Virus record (IMG/VR): IMGVR_UViG_3300031992_004563
Span: 1 to 64,000 of that record
Length of the DNA stretch: 64,000 bases
DNA from: a virus
Lineage: Duplodnaviria; Heunggongvirae; Uroviricota; Caudoviricetes
Reading direction: 5' to 3' (one strand)
The position numbers and the translations under genes are program-made. The notes under the pieces are model-generated. The model was not told the origin of the DNA and did not search any database. It saw only the letters and a program-made list of their open reading frames with translations. Of the stretch, positions 1 to 13,225 are shown in pieces (position 1 is the stretch's first letter; each line of letters begins with the position of its first letter).

Positions 1-936
1 ATGAAGAATTATAATAAAATATTAGAAGCTGTTAATAGAGGCATTTAGTTAGCACTTGATGATTTCGAAGATAATGAGCTAAATAGTTCATTATCTTAGC
101 ACAATGATATCATAGATAGTGAAGATATTATTAAAAAATATATTGAAGTTAATAAAGAAATTGAATTATTAAATAAAAGAACTGTTGATTTAGGTCTTCC
201 ATCAGGAACGCTTTGGTGCAAATATAATTTAGGCGTAAATCCAAATTAGTTATTAACATCTAATGATTGGAATGGCAAATATTATGCATGGGGAGAATTA
301 AAGCCTAAAAATGAATTTACTGATAAAAATTATAAATTTTTTAAATATAGTTTTTTCTTTAATACACAAGGATTAACTAAATATGTTTATAATAATGAAA
401 AACACTTTGGATATAAAGGCTTTACTGATGATTTACATGAATTGCAACAAGATGATGATGCTGCATCTAAACATTTTTTAAATGATAAGTATCATATTCC
501 ATCTGAAGCCCAATGGAAGGAGTTATAGGAAAATACAATACAACAAATGATTCATGATTATAATGGTATTAAAAATTTAGATGGAATTTTACTTACTAGC
601 GAAATAAATCGTAATACTATATTCATACCATTAGCATGCTGTTATGATTCAAACTATAAAAATGGAAAAGAAATAAATCCAGAATTTCATGATAGCCCTG
701 CTGGAACAAATCTTAAATATGGAATATATTGGACATCTAATTTAGAAGATTCAAAGTATGGTCATCACAATTCAGAGGTTGCAAAATGTATGGAATTTGG
801 TCCAGGCGGACTGACATAGGTTTCGCGTGTATTATTTAATATTACTCCTAAATATGATTGTATGCAAATTTGGTCAAAAAGTAGAATCTGTGGGTGTTCA
901 ATTAGACCAGTATATTCTGAAACTAAAAATAAATGA
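1..936 (+). CDS. Tagged paralog family member: N-terminal ILEAxNRGIxLALDD tag + DLGLPSG/C-type-lectin-fold (DUF1566/Fib_succ_major-like) domain; TAG=Gln
   Basis: Open from ATG 1 to TGA 934-936 if TAG is read through; MKNYNKILEAVNRGIQLALDDFED, VDLGLPSGTLWCKYNLG, YYAWGE, YWTS, C-terminal GCSIRPV. Confidence 0.8.
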
Positions 937-998
937 GCAAATAAACAATTGCTCATTTTTCATTTACAATTATAAATAATAAAATATTTTGAAATAAA

Positions 999-1763
999 AT
1001 GAAAAAATCTAAAACAGGTTTAGATTCTATTATTCTTGGTACTGTAGAATCAATAGATGATCCTACATATTCAGGACGTATTAAAGTTCGTGTACCTGGA
1101 TTGCATGATAATATTACAACTGAAGAACTTCCATGGTGTTCATATGGAGGATCACCAGTTTTTTCTGGTAATGGTGGTGGCTCATTATCTGTTGCACGAG
1201 TTGGCCAACAAGTTCGTGTCCAATTCAAATCAGGAGAAAAAACATCAATGGAATGGATTGCAAATAATCAACTTGATCCAGACTTAATTAATGAGATTAA
1301 AGATGATTATGAAAATGCGCAAGTTCTTTTATATGATTCAGCTGTTGATCTTTCAATTAAATTCCAAACAGGAACTGGATTAACATTATATTATCAAGGA
1401 AGTTTTATTCAAATTATGCCTGATAATACTATTACAATTCATTATGGTTTAGGCGCAACAGGAACACAAATTCAATTATCAAAAGATCGTGTAGATATCC
1501 AAGCAAATAATCAAATAAATTTAACTACACCTGGCACTATAAATCTTGAAGCTGATAATATTATTTTAAATAGTAAATCATCAACTCAATTAAAAGGCGA
1601 TGCACCAGGCGAAGCAGCTATTAATGGTTCTGCATTAATGACATTATTAACATTATTAGCTGGTGTTATAGATTCAAAAATCCCAGCAGGCCCAGGTATG
1701 ACAGCTGCAACAGTTAATTCAATGAAGGAAGCAATATTGAATCAACATATACAATTAATTTAA
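999..1763 (+). CDS. Baseplate hub/spike protein with T4 gp5-like N-terminal OB fold
   Basis: GTVESIDDPTYSGRIKVRVPGLH..LPW motif followed by beta-rich repeats. Confidence 0.75.
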   Translation: MKKSKTGLDSIILGTVESIDDPTYSGRIKVRVPGLHDNITTEELPWCSYGGSPVFSGNGGGSLSVARVGQQVRVQFKSGEKTSMEWIANNQLDPDLINEIKDDYENAQVLLYDSAVDLSIKFQTGTGLTLYYQGSFIQIMPDNTITIHYGLGATGTQIQLSKDRVDIQANNQINLTTPGTINLEADNIILNSKSSTQLKGDAPGEAAINGSALMTLLTLLAGVIDSKIPAGPGMTAATVNSMKEAILNQHIQLI

Positions 1764-1784
1764 GAAAAATGAAAACTAAATAAT

Positions 1785-2018
1785 ATGTTAAAATTAGATG
1801 AACCATTAAAACATAATTGGCTAATTAAATATTCAGTTTTGCAAGAAAATGATTTAATAACATTAGCTGAAGGAAAGGTGTTTGATTTTGTTCCAAATGA
1901 AGGAGACTTTATTAGAATTGATAATATAACATATAAAGTTATAATGAGAACACTTGATTTTGACCATTCAATTATTTGGGTGAGTTTGTATAATAAAGAA
2001 AAAACCAATGAAAATTAA
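1785..2018 (+). CDS. Hypothetical protein
   Basis: 77-aa ORF directly after the gp5-like gene, ending in a terminator. Confidence 0.55.
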   Translation: MLKLDEPLKHNWLIKYSVLQENDLITLAEGKVFDFVPNEGDFIRIDNITYKVIMRTLDFDHSIIWVSLYNKEKTNEN

Positions 2019-2037
2019 TTCATTGGTTTTTATTTTT
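2000..2037. terminator. Bidirectional intrinsic terminator
   Basis: aaaaaccaatgaa-aattaa-ttcattggttttt hairpin between convergent genes. Confidence 0.7.
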
Positions 2038-2051
2038 ATTTTAAATTTTAA

Positions 2052-2657
2052 TTAGCTAAAATAATCTAAAATTTCAGGACATTCATCTAATAAAGTTTGT
2101 AATGAGAATCTAAGAGCAACATTATTATCATCAACTTTTACTAAAGTAATATATGACATATTTTTAATTTTGTTAGATCCTGGATCAATTGTTGATATGA
2201 TATATTTGTATAAATGGCTTTGTTTACTCATTATAATTTTAATATATAATTCATTTATTGCAGATACAAATTTATCTTCATCATCTTTACAATAAATTCT
2301 TTTAAAATTAACAATTCCACTATCTAATAAAGTTTTGATAATTTCAGCAAATTTTCTATTATCATTACCATCATTTTTTACAGTTGATGTTGTTGCAACA
2401 TCTAATTTATCAATTGATTTCCATGATGCAGATTTTTCATCGTGAAATATAAGCTATACACCTATAAGTTGTTTTAAATCACATAATTTACCAAATAAAG
2501 GTGATAAACTATTAATTGCATCATTTACTTTATTATAATCAACTCTTGGAACATTTTGTTCGCTCCATGCAGAAAATCCTTCATTAAGAGATTTATTTTC
2601 TTTAAAAGCCTTTTTTACACCGGCCATTATACTTTCTTGCAATTGTTTTTTATTCAT
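2052..2657 (-). CDS. Hypothetical (putative virion/head) protein, TAG-recoded
   Basis: Reads through TAG at 2454-2456 to TAA; N-terminus MNKKQLQESIM..SLNEG with LxE motifs. Confidence 0.65.
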
Positions 2658-2749
2658 ATTAATTTCAAAAATATTTTACTTTTATTATTTATTATTAAAA
2701 CAATTCAAAAATTTTTCATAAAATAATTAGAAAATTTTATAAACATATT

Positions 2750-3430
2750 ATGAAAAAGAAAGCAGAAACGCCAAAATCAATGTCAGATTATGAAGTAGAT
2801 GCAATGTGGATGTCATATCGTTATGCAATTGGACGTCATACTATAGCGGCTTGTATGCATGCCTGTAATATGATTAAAGAAATATATCATAGAATAGATG
2901 AAAAACGAATTCCATTTACAGTATATGACATTAGACGTGAAATTAATCAGCAACTTGATTGGAATTTTAATTTTGGATTAGATTTATATGTTAGACAAGA
3001 AGATTATGATCCAATTAAAGCTTTAGTAGAATTTGCAAAACGAGATGATGTCAAGAAAGCTGGTGGAATTTTTAAATATCTGAGTAATAATAGAGTTGAG
3101 ATTTCTGTTAATTCTAATCATGAATATGAATATAATTTTAGTGAGCCTGTTCATCCAGGCAGTGAATTATATGCTCATGATTTAGATGATTTGTTAATAT
3201 GGTATAATATGTCATGCGCACTTGATAAAGAAAATCATAAAATTGCAGTGACAGAATATGAAGGCAAGATTGAGGAACATGAAGTTTTTGAATATGTAAA
3301 AATTCAACAATATGTTGATGCTAAAGAAGATTTTGCAATTGATTATGTAGATATTAATGAATATTTAGATAATCCATTTGTGCATAAATGGATTGCAAAA
3401 GATTATATTAAAGAAATTAAAGAAAAATAA
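2750..3430 (+). CDS. Hypothetical protein
   Basis: 226-aa TAG-free ORF downstream of an AAAC-N17-TAAAAT motif. Confidence 0.7.
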   Translation: MKKKAETPKSMSDYEVDAMWMSYRYAIGRHTIAACMHACNMIKEIYHRIDEKRIPFTVYDIRREINQQLDWNFNFGLDLYVRQEDYDPIKALVEFAKRDDVKKAGGIFKYLSNNRVEISVNSNHEYEYNFSEPVHPGSELYAHDLDDLLIWYNMSCALDKENHKIAVTEYEGKIEEHEVFEYVKIQQYVDAKEDFAIDYVDINEYLDNPFVHKWIAKDYIKEIKEK

Positions 3431-3434
3431 TAAT

Positions 3435-4202
3435 ATGAAAAAGAAAATTGGAATTTATGGTGGTAGTTTTAATCCTATTCATCATGGCCATATTGGTGTA
3501 GCAAAATATGTTAAAGAATATGCTAAGCTAGATGAAGTATGGTTAATGGTTAGTCCAAACAATCCTTTAAAAGACTCAAAAATTTTAGCACCAGAAAAAG
3601 AACGTTTAGAAGGTGTAAAGAATGCAATTAAAGATATTCCTGGGTTGGTTGCATGTGATTTTGAATTTTATTTACCAAAACCTTCATACACAGCAGATAC
3701 ATTAAAAGCTTTAGTAAAACATGCAAAAAATATAAAACGTAAAGGTGAAATTACGTATGATTGCGAGTTTTCATTAATAATTGGTGAAGATAGTTTAGCA
3801 ACACTACCACAATGGAAAGATTATGAATATATTGTGAATAATTTTACTATATATGTTTATCCACGCCATGGTGTTAATTCTACACAGGTTAAACAAATTC
3901 CTATTCATGAAAATATTAAAATATTATATGATGCTCCATATATTGATATTTCATCAACAGAGATAAGAAATAAAAAACAAAAACATGATGAAGCGTTAGA
4001 GTTTGCTAATGAAGTTTTTCAAAAAGTATTAAGTGATACAAAACAAAAAGAATGGTTTGAAAGTCTTGATAATTTAGAAAAGGCCAGGGTTGAATTTATG
4101 TCAAAAGCTATTGCATTACGAGTTCGCGCAGATCTTAGTTTAGAATTAGAACCAATTGAAATTGAAAATGGTCCAAAACCTGTACTTGGCTGGTATGACT
4201 AA
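3435..4202 (+). CDS. nadD: Nicotinate/nicotinamide-nucleotide adenylyltransferase with C-terminal extension
   Basis: IGIYGGSFNPIHHGH (HxGH), SYTADTL, LIIGEDSL..W, ISSTEIR motifs; ATG at 3435. Confidence 0.9.
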   Translation: MKKKIGIYGGSFNPIHHGHIGVAKYVKEYAKLDEVWLMVSPNNPLKDSKILAPEKERLEGVKNAIKDIPGLVACDFEFYLPKPSYTADTLKALVKHAKNIKRKGEITYDCEFSLIIGEDSLATLPQWKDYEYIVNNFTIYVYPRHGVNSTQVKQIPIHENIKILYDAPYIDISSTEIRNKKQKHDEALEFANEVFQKVLSDTKQKEWFESLDNLEKARVEFMSKAIALRVRADLSLELEPIEIENGPKPVLGWYD

Positions 4203-4258
4203 ATAAAACATATTCATTTTTTAAACTATAATAATTAAAATACTAAATAAGAAATTAA

Positions 4259-5224
4259 ATGGAAAATACAACAAATCCAAAACAACAACTTTTTACTGAA
4301 TTATTTCGTCCAAAAACATTGGATCAAGCAATAATAGTTCCAAGAATTCGTCAAGAATTAGAAAAAGGTTTAATTGACAATATACTTTTAAATGGTGCAC
4401 CTGGTAGTGGTAAAACAACATTAACCAGAATTCTTGCATCTGAGTGTGAAGATCCATTATATATTAATGCATCATTGGAACGTGGTATTGATACAATTCG
4501 TGAAAAAATTATTACATATGCATCTTCATCATCTCTTTGGGGTGGTGAGGAAAAACTTAAAGTTGTGGTTTTAGAGGAGTGTGATAATTTAACGAATGAT
4601 GCATGGTCTGCACTTCGTGCAACTATTGAGCAATTCCATCGTACTACAAGATTTATTGGCAACTGTAATTATATTGAAAAGATTCCAGAACCAATTCAAT
4701 CTCGTTTTAATTGCATTCCAATTGAGCCAATTAATCAAGAGGAAGAAGCATATCTTTTAAATGGTTTTATAGAAAGAACTAAATTAATTCTTAATGCATG
4801 TCATATTACATATAAGGATGAAGATGTTGCAAAATTTGTTAAGGCCGATTTTCCGGATATGAGATCTATCATTAAGAAAATTCAACAATTATATACTCGC
4901 GGAATTAAAGAATTAACACCGGAAACGCTTGGAACTACTTTTGATTGTGGGCAATTATTTAATATTATCATGACTCCTGGAAATCCAACTGATAACTATA
5001 AAGCATTGGTTGCAGATTGGTCAACTAAAGCTGAAGATGGATTGCTAATGTTAGGTCAACAATTTCCAAATTATATTCAGACAGTTTGTCCAGATAAAAT
5101 AAATAAACTACCAATGGTTATTATAGCCATTTGTGAATATCAATCCCAACTTCATTATGCAATTGATAAATTTATTGTTTTGTTGGCATTGATTTACAAA
5201 TTACAAAATATTATGAATAGTTAA
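4259..5224 (+). CDS. Sliding-clamp loader AAA+ subunit (T4 gp44/RFC-small-like)
   Basis: ELFRPKTL, Walker A GAPGSGKTT, INAS.ERGID.IR, Walker B VLEECD, PIQSRF, FPDMR. Confidence 0.9.
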   Translation: MENTTNPKQQLFTELFRPKTLDQAIIVPRIRQELEKGLIDNILLNGAPGSGKTTLTRILASECEDPLYINASLERGIDTIREKIITYASSSSLWGGEEKLKVVVLEECDNLTNDAWSALRATIEQFHRTTRFIGNCNYIEKIPEPIQSRFNCIPIEPINQEEEAYLLNGFIERTKLILNACHITYKDEDVAKFVKADFPDMRSIIKKIQQLYTRGIKELTPETLGTTFDCGQLFNIIMTPGNPTDNYKALVADWSTKAEDGLLMLGQQFPNYIQTVCPDKINKLPMVIIAICEYQSQLHYAIDKFIVLLALIYKLQNIMNS

Positions 5225-5225
5225 A

Positions 5226-5570
5226 ATGTGGTTTATTAAGATTGATGATGATTTAACACTAGAAAATGTCTGTGAAGCTAATGGAATGGAACCAAAAGCA
5301 TTATATAATCCATTACATGAAGGTGTTTTAAATATTGTTTTGCGAGATGCAAATGATGTTAATAAAACTGGGTCAATGGTTTATACTAATATAACTCTTA
5401 ATTTTGAAAATGTTGGGTTGACTACAATAAATGGTGTTCCACATGGCGAAATAGATAAAGACATTTCAGGAATTAGTTTATATATTGATGAAGATAATTA
5501 TGAATTAGCCGATTATATAATGAATAATTTTGATGAAAATGGCTATAGAGCAATGATGGCAAAATTATAA
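5226..5570 (+). CDS. Hypothetical protein
   Basis: 114-aa ORF abutting the clamp loader. Confidence 0.6.
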   Translation: MWFIKIDDDLTLENVCEANGMEPKALYNPLHEGVLNIVLRDANDVNKTGSMVYTNITLNFENVGLTTINGVPHGEIDKDISGISLYIDEDNYELADYIMNNFDENGYRAMMAKL

Positions 5571-5687
5571 TTGGATAAAATTGATTTTTATTCATTTTTA
5601 TTAGATTAATTTTGTTTGGAAGAATTTAGTTGTGAAACTAGATTCTTCTTCTTTTTAAATAAAAATAGGATTCAAAAATGAATCCTA

Positions 5688-6794
5688 TTATCTTGGGTCT
5701 GTTGGTGAAAAATCAATTTCTGGATAACCAAATTTTTTACCACCATATAATTTTAATTTGTACTTCTACATTATTTCATAAAATTTTGAATATGGAATTA
5801 CATTTCTTCCTAAATATGCCATTATATTATTATAAACACGCTTTGAAAGTAATGGCTATAAAAATTTATCATCTATAAGAATATGTTTATTATTTAAACG
5901 TTTGAGTTCTAATGACTAAATAGTAAGATTTTTGTATTGCTCATAATATTTTAAAATGCTTTCTTCAATATCAAAATTGGATTGTTCATTTTGTGTATTT
6001 TTAACCGGTCTTATTGAAATTCCTTGTGATCTTGGACACTCAAAAAATGAATAATCTTTCGCATTATCACTAGTGATTTTTAAAGCTATTGCACCTTCAC
6101 TATCTTCTTCTGGTTTAGATGTCCATACACATAATATGCTTCCTTCTGCCATTGCATCATTTTTTATTCCTGATTTATATCCTGCAAATGGAATGAATAA
6201 TTCTTTTTGGTTTATAATTGATTTAAATACAAATCCATTTAAACCATTAATATCTTTATAATCCAAAACCTTTGTGTATGAAGTATAATTTAATAATTCT
6301 TCAAACTATTTTTTAGTTGGCATTATCATTTCGCCATCTGTCTAAACATATGCTGCATCATCTTTTGGCTCTAACTATGAATGATTATCTGGTAATTGTC
6401 CATGATATTTTATTCTACTTCTACAAATAATATATTTAGATACTATTGGGTCTCCATTGCTAGCCCATTTTTTAAACCATTTATATTTGTCCCAGTTATA
6501 TGTTAATTTTGGTTGTGTTTCCCCCCATGAAAAATAATCTCCATACCAGCCTTCAGCGGTGTCTAACCAATTCATATCAGCGCCCAAATTGTATTTAGCC
6601 CAAATAGTTCCAGATGGAAGACCTAAATCTACATATTTTTTATTAAATTCAATTTTGTTTTTAATAACATCTTCACTATCTATAACATCATTTTTTGAAG
6701 ATAAAGTATTATTATCTTCTATATCTTCAAAATCATCTAAAGCTAACTAGATACCTCTATTTACTGCTTCTAATATTTGTTTGGCTAGTTTCAT
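5688..6794 (-). CDS. Tagged paralog family member (tag + DLGLPSG/CLec-like domain + extra C-terminal region); TAG=Gln
   Basis: MKLAKQILEAVNRGIQLALDDFED..VDLGLPSGTIWAKYNLG..GISIRPV, continuing about 100 aa to TAA at 5688-5690. Confidence 0.8.
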
Positions 6795-6887
6795 AAATTA
6801 AATATTTTAATTCAATATATTTATATAAAAACTGTGTTTATGAAAATATTTCTTTATAAGATAAATATATAGGATATAGTATTAGAT

Positions 6888-8108
6888 ATGAGATTAGTTT
6901 ATAAATTTAATATTAAATAGAGTGATAGAATATATGAATTATGTAAGATTTCAAGAAACTTATATAATTAGGCTTTATATATTGTTAAGAAAGAACTAAA
7001 AGAAAATAATAAATGGTTAAATTATAATGATTTAAATAAAATTTTATAGAATACTTATGATTTAAATGGACAAATTAATTATAGATTATTAAAGACATAG
7101 ACTTCATAGCAGTGTATAAAAACATTAAATAAAAATATAGTAACGTATATTAAATCTATTAAAGATTATTCAAAAAATAAATCTAAATATAATGGTTGTC
7201 CTAAATTTCCAAAATATAAAAAGAATTTAAATTAGTTAATATACACAAATTAGTGTTGCTCAATTAAAAAGGATGGCTATTTATATTTAGATAGAAAATT
7301 TAAAATTAAAATTCCATAGTTTGAAAAATATTATGATAGAATTAAAAGTTTTTAGCAGGTAAGAATTAATCCAAAAATAAATAATGATTTTGAAATAGAA
7401 ATAATTTATAATATTGAAAATGAAATTAACAAAGAATTAAATTATGAATTATATAGTTCAATAGATTTAGGAATTAATAATTTAGTTACGTTAATTATGC
7501 CAAATAAAAATCCAATATTATTTAATGGAAAACAATTAAAAGCTAAAAATCAATATTTTAATAAACAAATATCAAAATTAAAAAGTAAATTAACAAATAA
7601 CTAGAGAACTAGTAAACAAATATAGAATTTATATAATAAAAGAAATAATTAGTTAACTGATATATTTCATAAATTATCTAAATTAATAGTTAATAAATTA
7701 GTAAATAATAAGATAGGGAATTTAGTTGTAGGTTATAATAAAGGATGGAAAGACTCCATTAATCTTGGTAAAAGAAATAACCAGACCTTTGTTCAAATAT
7801 CTTATGATAAACTATTAAACTATTTAAAATATAAATGTGAAATGATTGGCATTAAATTAATTATTACTGAAGAATCATATACATCAAAATGCGATAGTTT
7901 AGCATTAGAAAAAATAGAAAAACATAAAACTTATTTAGGAAAAAGAATTAAAAGAGGTTTATTTTAGTCTTCTACTGGAAAACTAATTAATGCAGATGTA
8001 AATGGTTCAATAAATATAATAAGAAAAGTAGTTAATGATTCTGAGATTATATCAAAGATAATTAATAGTGGTTGGTTGTTTCAACCAATAAGAGTTAATA
8101 TTTTGTAA
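6888..8108 (+). mobile_element. tnpB: IS200/IS605-family TnpB RNA-guided nuclease (no TnpA nearby), heavily TAG-recoded
   Basis: 406-aa ORF with TAG=Gln; RuvC motifs SIDLGINN, LVVGYNKGWK, EESYTSKCD, INADVNGSINI; absent from the ORF track. Confidence 0.85.
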
Positions 8109-8158
8109 TATTAAAACTTATAAATAATTTTTAATAAAAATTAAAACATAGGTATAGT

Positions 8159-9043
8159 ATGAAATTCCCATATGAGTTATCAGAACAAAGAATAAGTCTT
8201 TTATCAAAAGAAGATTAGAGAATATATAGATTTGAACATTCTGACTTTTTTGATTATGGTGAAAAACAATAGGCTATTCAGGAATATCAAAGAGCTTTAT
8301 TGGAACGCCAAGGTTATTATGTTCAAGAAATTAAAAAAGACCCATAGTTCAATCATCTTAATGAATCAGAAGTTTATGAAACTGCTAATGAATTAACACT
8401 TTATGAGGCTGAACAAATTATTGACCAATTAGCTGAGTTTGTTGAAGAAGGTGTTTTATCTGAATATTACACAGAAAATGAAGCTAAAGAATATCTTAAT
8501 GAATTTGTTGGAAGCTTTAAAGATATGAGTGTTGGAACATTAAATGAAGATTATGGAGATACTATTGGGCCTGATATGACATATTGGGCAAAAGGGATTG
8601 GTGGAATGTTTGGCGGATTATTTGGCTTATTCATGCTTCTTATAATGAAAGGAAAAACCAGAGCAGCTATTAAAATGCTTGAAAACTCCATGAATAAAAT
8701 TGTTGAAACAGTTGACGATGGTATCAATAAGAAAAAAGGCCGTGGATTATGGGCAAGAATAAAAGTTGGTGTAGGCAAATTATTTAAAAAGGATTGGAGT
8801 GGAAAAAATGAAGGAGAACAAAATACAATTTGTCTTAGAACATTATAGGAAAATTTCTCCGCGGGCATTGCTACTACAAGTATGGTATTATGTAAAAAAC
8901 TTGGTGTTTTGCCAGATGATTGGAATTAGGCAGTAAATGCAATGCAACAAAATAATTATTAGTCAGGTGATTTAGCAACGATATTTGACGCAAATATTGC
9001 AAAACCTGTTAATGAATTAAGTAGACTTAAAGAAGAAAAATAA
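8159..9043 (+). CDS. Putative internal head/ejection protein, TAG-recoded
   Basis: Continuous ORF; acidic N-terminus with repeated LNE/LYE/LSE followed by hydrophobic GIGGMFGGLFGLFMLLI. Confidence 0.65.
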
Positions 9044-9057
9044 TTTTTTATTAATAT

Positions 9058-12000
9058 ATGAAAATTAGAATTAAAGAAAAACAATTAAAGTAGTTAAATG
9101 AATCTTATTTAATTGAAGATGATGGCAGTATAGCTACAGAGCAAAAGCCAGCAGCATTTGATGAATTTGAGGCAGATGCTAAATATCAATATATTACATA
9201 GAGAAAAAAGGAAGCTTTGCCTGTTAGTATTGTATTACCAAATATTTTTGATTTACCTGTTAAATTACCAAATCCTCCAGAGGATATTAGTAATATAATG
9301 TCATCTCATTAGGTTAACAAAGCCCGCAAAACTTAGAATATTGGTGGTGTAATGCAAGATCCAATATAGACTTATAATAATGCAGATGCATGTTGTAAAG
9401 ATGCATTTGGAAATTTTGCACAAATTAAATTTGAAACAGATGAAAAACAAAGAAAAGTAAATCAATCATATATTAATAAATCAAATGAGTCTTACAATTA
9501 TAATGAATTTCCAGTTTTAAATGAATCACCAGCTGCGTTTGGTTATGCTGTTGGAAATGCTGTCGGCAATATTGCTGGTGGCGTTATAGCTGCAGGTGCA
9601 GGTGGTATGGCAGGTCTTGCAGCGGGTGTAGGTTTAGAAGCAGCCGCAATATGTGCAGGTTTGTATGGAATAGGATATTTTGGTGAAGAAATTTTTGGTA
9701 ATGTAGAAGGTGGTGGCGGAACAAATGATAAAGCAGTAGCACATTTAAATGATGTGCGCCAAAAAATGTTAACACCTGCTCCAGCGAATCCTCAACAATA
9801 TGGTGATATAGTTGAGGCTATAACAGATTATGTTAAAAATATTATGGAGGCTTGCACAGATGTTGCTAGTTTATTAACATCTGAAGGCGCATAGAAAATG
9901 GATGATCTCACAACATTCGTTAATGGGCTTATGACAACAACATCTAAAAAAGCACAAGAATATATAGAATCACACTCAAAACAAATTGAAGAATAGAAAG
10001 AGCTTGAAAGACAAAAAAGAGAAACTAAATTATAGAGTGACGCTATAAAATCTGATAAGGCTAAAAACTTTATTAAAAATGCACAAAGTGCAATGGCTGC
10101 GGCGTCAACCGATCTTGGAAATGATCTTAAGTTGCTTGAAAAAATCAACGCTGCATATGAGAAAAATGTGAATAACTCAAAAGGTCTTGATTTGGAAACA
10201 GCATTAGAAAATGGCTGGGCTGCATTAAAAACAAAATATCTTGAATTATTCCCTGAAAAAGGACAAAATTCATAGTCAAACACTACATAGGAATCTGTTG
10301 AAGCTAATGGCCCATCATTAAATGAGGCAAACCCACAACAAACTCCAGCAATGTCTGGAATTAAAAATGGTAATAGTGATTCTTCAAAGAAATTAGTAAT
10401 TAAAGCTAATGAAATATATAATTCATTATTATTAGAATTTGAAAAAAGATTTAAAGAAGCTTTTTCTACAATAGATGTAAAAAATCTTCCTAAATACGAA
10501 GAAACAAAACAATAGATGCAGGATTTAATTGATGCAGCGGATAAAAGTATCAACAACAAAATTGAGCAAATAACAAAAGTTCAAAATGGTGAAACATCAG
10601 CGACCGGTGGTCTTGGCCAAGCTGCAAAAGTATTTTTAATGGGTCATCCATTGGAAGCTAACAATTTACGTGAAGTTTGGAGTCGTCATTTAGTTGATTT
10701 AAAATCTAGAATGACTAATAGAATAACACAAATGACAGACTATAAAAACAAGACAAGAACACTTGGATGGACATGGGAAGTATGTAGAACTGTAATGCCA
10801 AAAATTCTTGCACGTATGTTAACATATAGATATATTTATGCTATTCTTTCAAATGAAGGATTCTTTAGTTATGATACTGAAACAATGAAATAGGATGAAT
10901 AGGCATTTAATAATGATAAACAAATTTATGTAGGATTGTCAAAAAGCAAACTTATTTGGTTATTAAATCAAAGTGTTGATTATACTGCTAAGGGTGGAAA
11001 AATTTTAATATAGGATAAAACAAATGGCGGTTGGAGAATATCTGATGATAATTTAGCGTATGCATTCTTCTTAGTATCTAGATTAAGTGGTATAAAAGGC
11101 AATGAAAAATCTGTTAAAAAATTAGCTGAATTCCTATCTAATATTAAAGCATATGTTAAAGAGGAAGATCAAGTTAATAAGCTTTTAATTGTTGTAAAGA
11201 ATTGTATGTCAAGTGAAAATCAAAAATTGTTAAATAACCAAAATCCTGATGAATTTAACTAGTTGGTAGATGTATTTAAAATGCCAGACGATATTAAAAA
11301 TCTTAAAAATGAGATTTTACAAACATACAATGATCTTAAACAAAAATCAAATGATGTTCCAGATGATAGGAATAAACTTGTAAATATTGCTAAAACAAAA
11401 GATATAGTTTATTTACATCCTAAAGATATATATACAGCTTATTTGAAAAATAGAGGCATAATCGATGGGTACATCAAAGAAATTAATGGAACGTAGGAAA
11501 TTGATGAGAAAAAGAAAAAAGAAATTAAAGACAAATTATTAGATATATTTGGTGATATTATTAGTGAAGATGAAATTAAAAATAATAATTATAATGATGT
11601 TACTAAAGAAAGTATCATATCATTATTTCCAGATCCTAATGCAAAAGATGATTATTATTCTGCAATATTGTATATCTATCCAACAGGATTGAAAAATGGT
11701 AGTGTTTGGGATGATAATGGAGGAATTCTTGTAACAATGACTCCTGAAGCAATTACACAAGTATGTAAGGTTACTAAAATCATGGTTCCTTTTATGCTTA
11801 GTGGTATTTTAGGATATGTAATTGATGTTGATAATAAAGATAAAGATGATGCTAAAAATATTGAAGATTTAAAAACTAAATTAGCAGATGTTATTAATAA
11901 TTATTTTGCAAGTCTTTATGGTATTAGACAAACATTAAACAAGCGAAATAATAATAATGTGAATGCAGAAATTAAAAGTGATTATAATAAATTACATGAT

Positions 12001-12924
12001 TTAATTAAGACACAAATATCTAAAGCATATAAAGATATTTCAAGCAAATCATCATATCAAATAAATGGTATTATTAATAATAAAGGATTGACAGAATCTA
12101 TGTTATTAGAAATTGATAATACCTCAGCAAACACACAAAATGTTCAAAATTAGTCTAATTGGCTTGATGACATTATAGATAATGCAAATTTATATAAAAA
12201 CACATCAGATCCAAATAAAATTTTGGAAAATTTTAAAATGGCATTATCTGATATTAAAGTTATTGATAAAGATGGAAAGATAATTTAGTTTAATGAAATA
12301 CCAGAAGATAAAGAAAAAAATTAGGTTTTGGTTGATTTATGCCAATCTATAATTAAAGTTAAAGATGATGGAAATATATTAGATTTAATTAAAAAAATCG
12401 CCAAATAGCTTGAAATAACAGTATTCACCACTGTTAATGACATTAAAAAGATTCAAAAATTCTGCAAAACATTAGTAGATACAGCAGATGTTATATTAGA
12501 TCTTGCAGGTAAACATGAAGATAAAGATGTAGAAGAAGCAGAAAAAGCTATAAAAACTCGTTATGAAAGTGTTGTTGATTAGATTTTATCTCAATACACA
12601 AAAATATCAACAGATGATAAAATAAAGTTTAATGTTGCAATTCTTAAAGATTATGAAAGTAATGATTTTGTTAAATTTAACCAAGCTTTACATACATTTA
12701 ACTTTGATGGTTCAGATAAAAATCCATTAGATGGTATAATTGGTAAATTATCAAATATAGGTATTAAAATGGAAGACAAAGGTGAATTTAAAGCATTATC
12801 AAATGATGAAAAAGAAAGTGCAATACATAATTTAGCTTTAGCCATTCAAGTTTGTGAAAATAATCAAAAATTTAATGAATTATTTAAATTCATTGAATAC
12901 ATTAAAAAATTAGCAAATTCGTAA
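9058..12924 (+). CDS. Large (about 1288 aa) putative internal head/ejection protein, TAG-recoded
   Basis: Five ORF-track fragments share one frame separated by TAGs; LNES motifs and a Gly/Ala-rich hydrophobic stretch near 9530-9690. Confidence 0.7.
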
Positions 12925-12946
12925 ATAAAAATAAATATTTTGAATT

Positions 12947-13219
12947 ATGGAATTATATTTTAATGATAAATCTTTTAGTTTAAATAATACATTATTATAT
13001 GAATCATTTGTTGTAAATGAAGAAGAATAGTTATCTAATGATTCTGATATTAAAAAATCTATTGATATTGTTTCAAATGATAAAAATAAATTAAAAGAAT
13101 TATTAAAATTTATTAATGGCGAATCAAATAATGAAGGCCAAATTGATTTTTCTAAAATTATTGTTAATTTAGAAAAATTGAATAATGTTATATCATAGTT
13201 TAATTTAAATTTAAAATAA
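12947..13219 (+). CDS. Small hypothetical protein (LYES..VNEEE), TAG-recoded
   Basis: ATG 12947 to TAA 13217-13219 with two in-frame TAG. Confidence 0.55.
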
Positions 13220-13225
13220 TTTTAA

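Noticed and set aside
9828-10559. 243-aa minus-strand ORF and other antisense ORFs (e.g. 4351-4662, 46967-47188, 50286-50816, 61167-61771)
   Set aside because: Shadow frames of plus-strand genes or of tRNA/ncRNA genes, with no recognisable motifs
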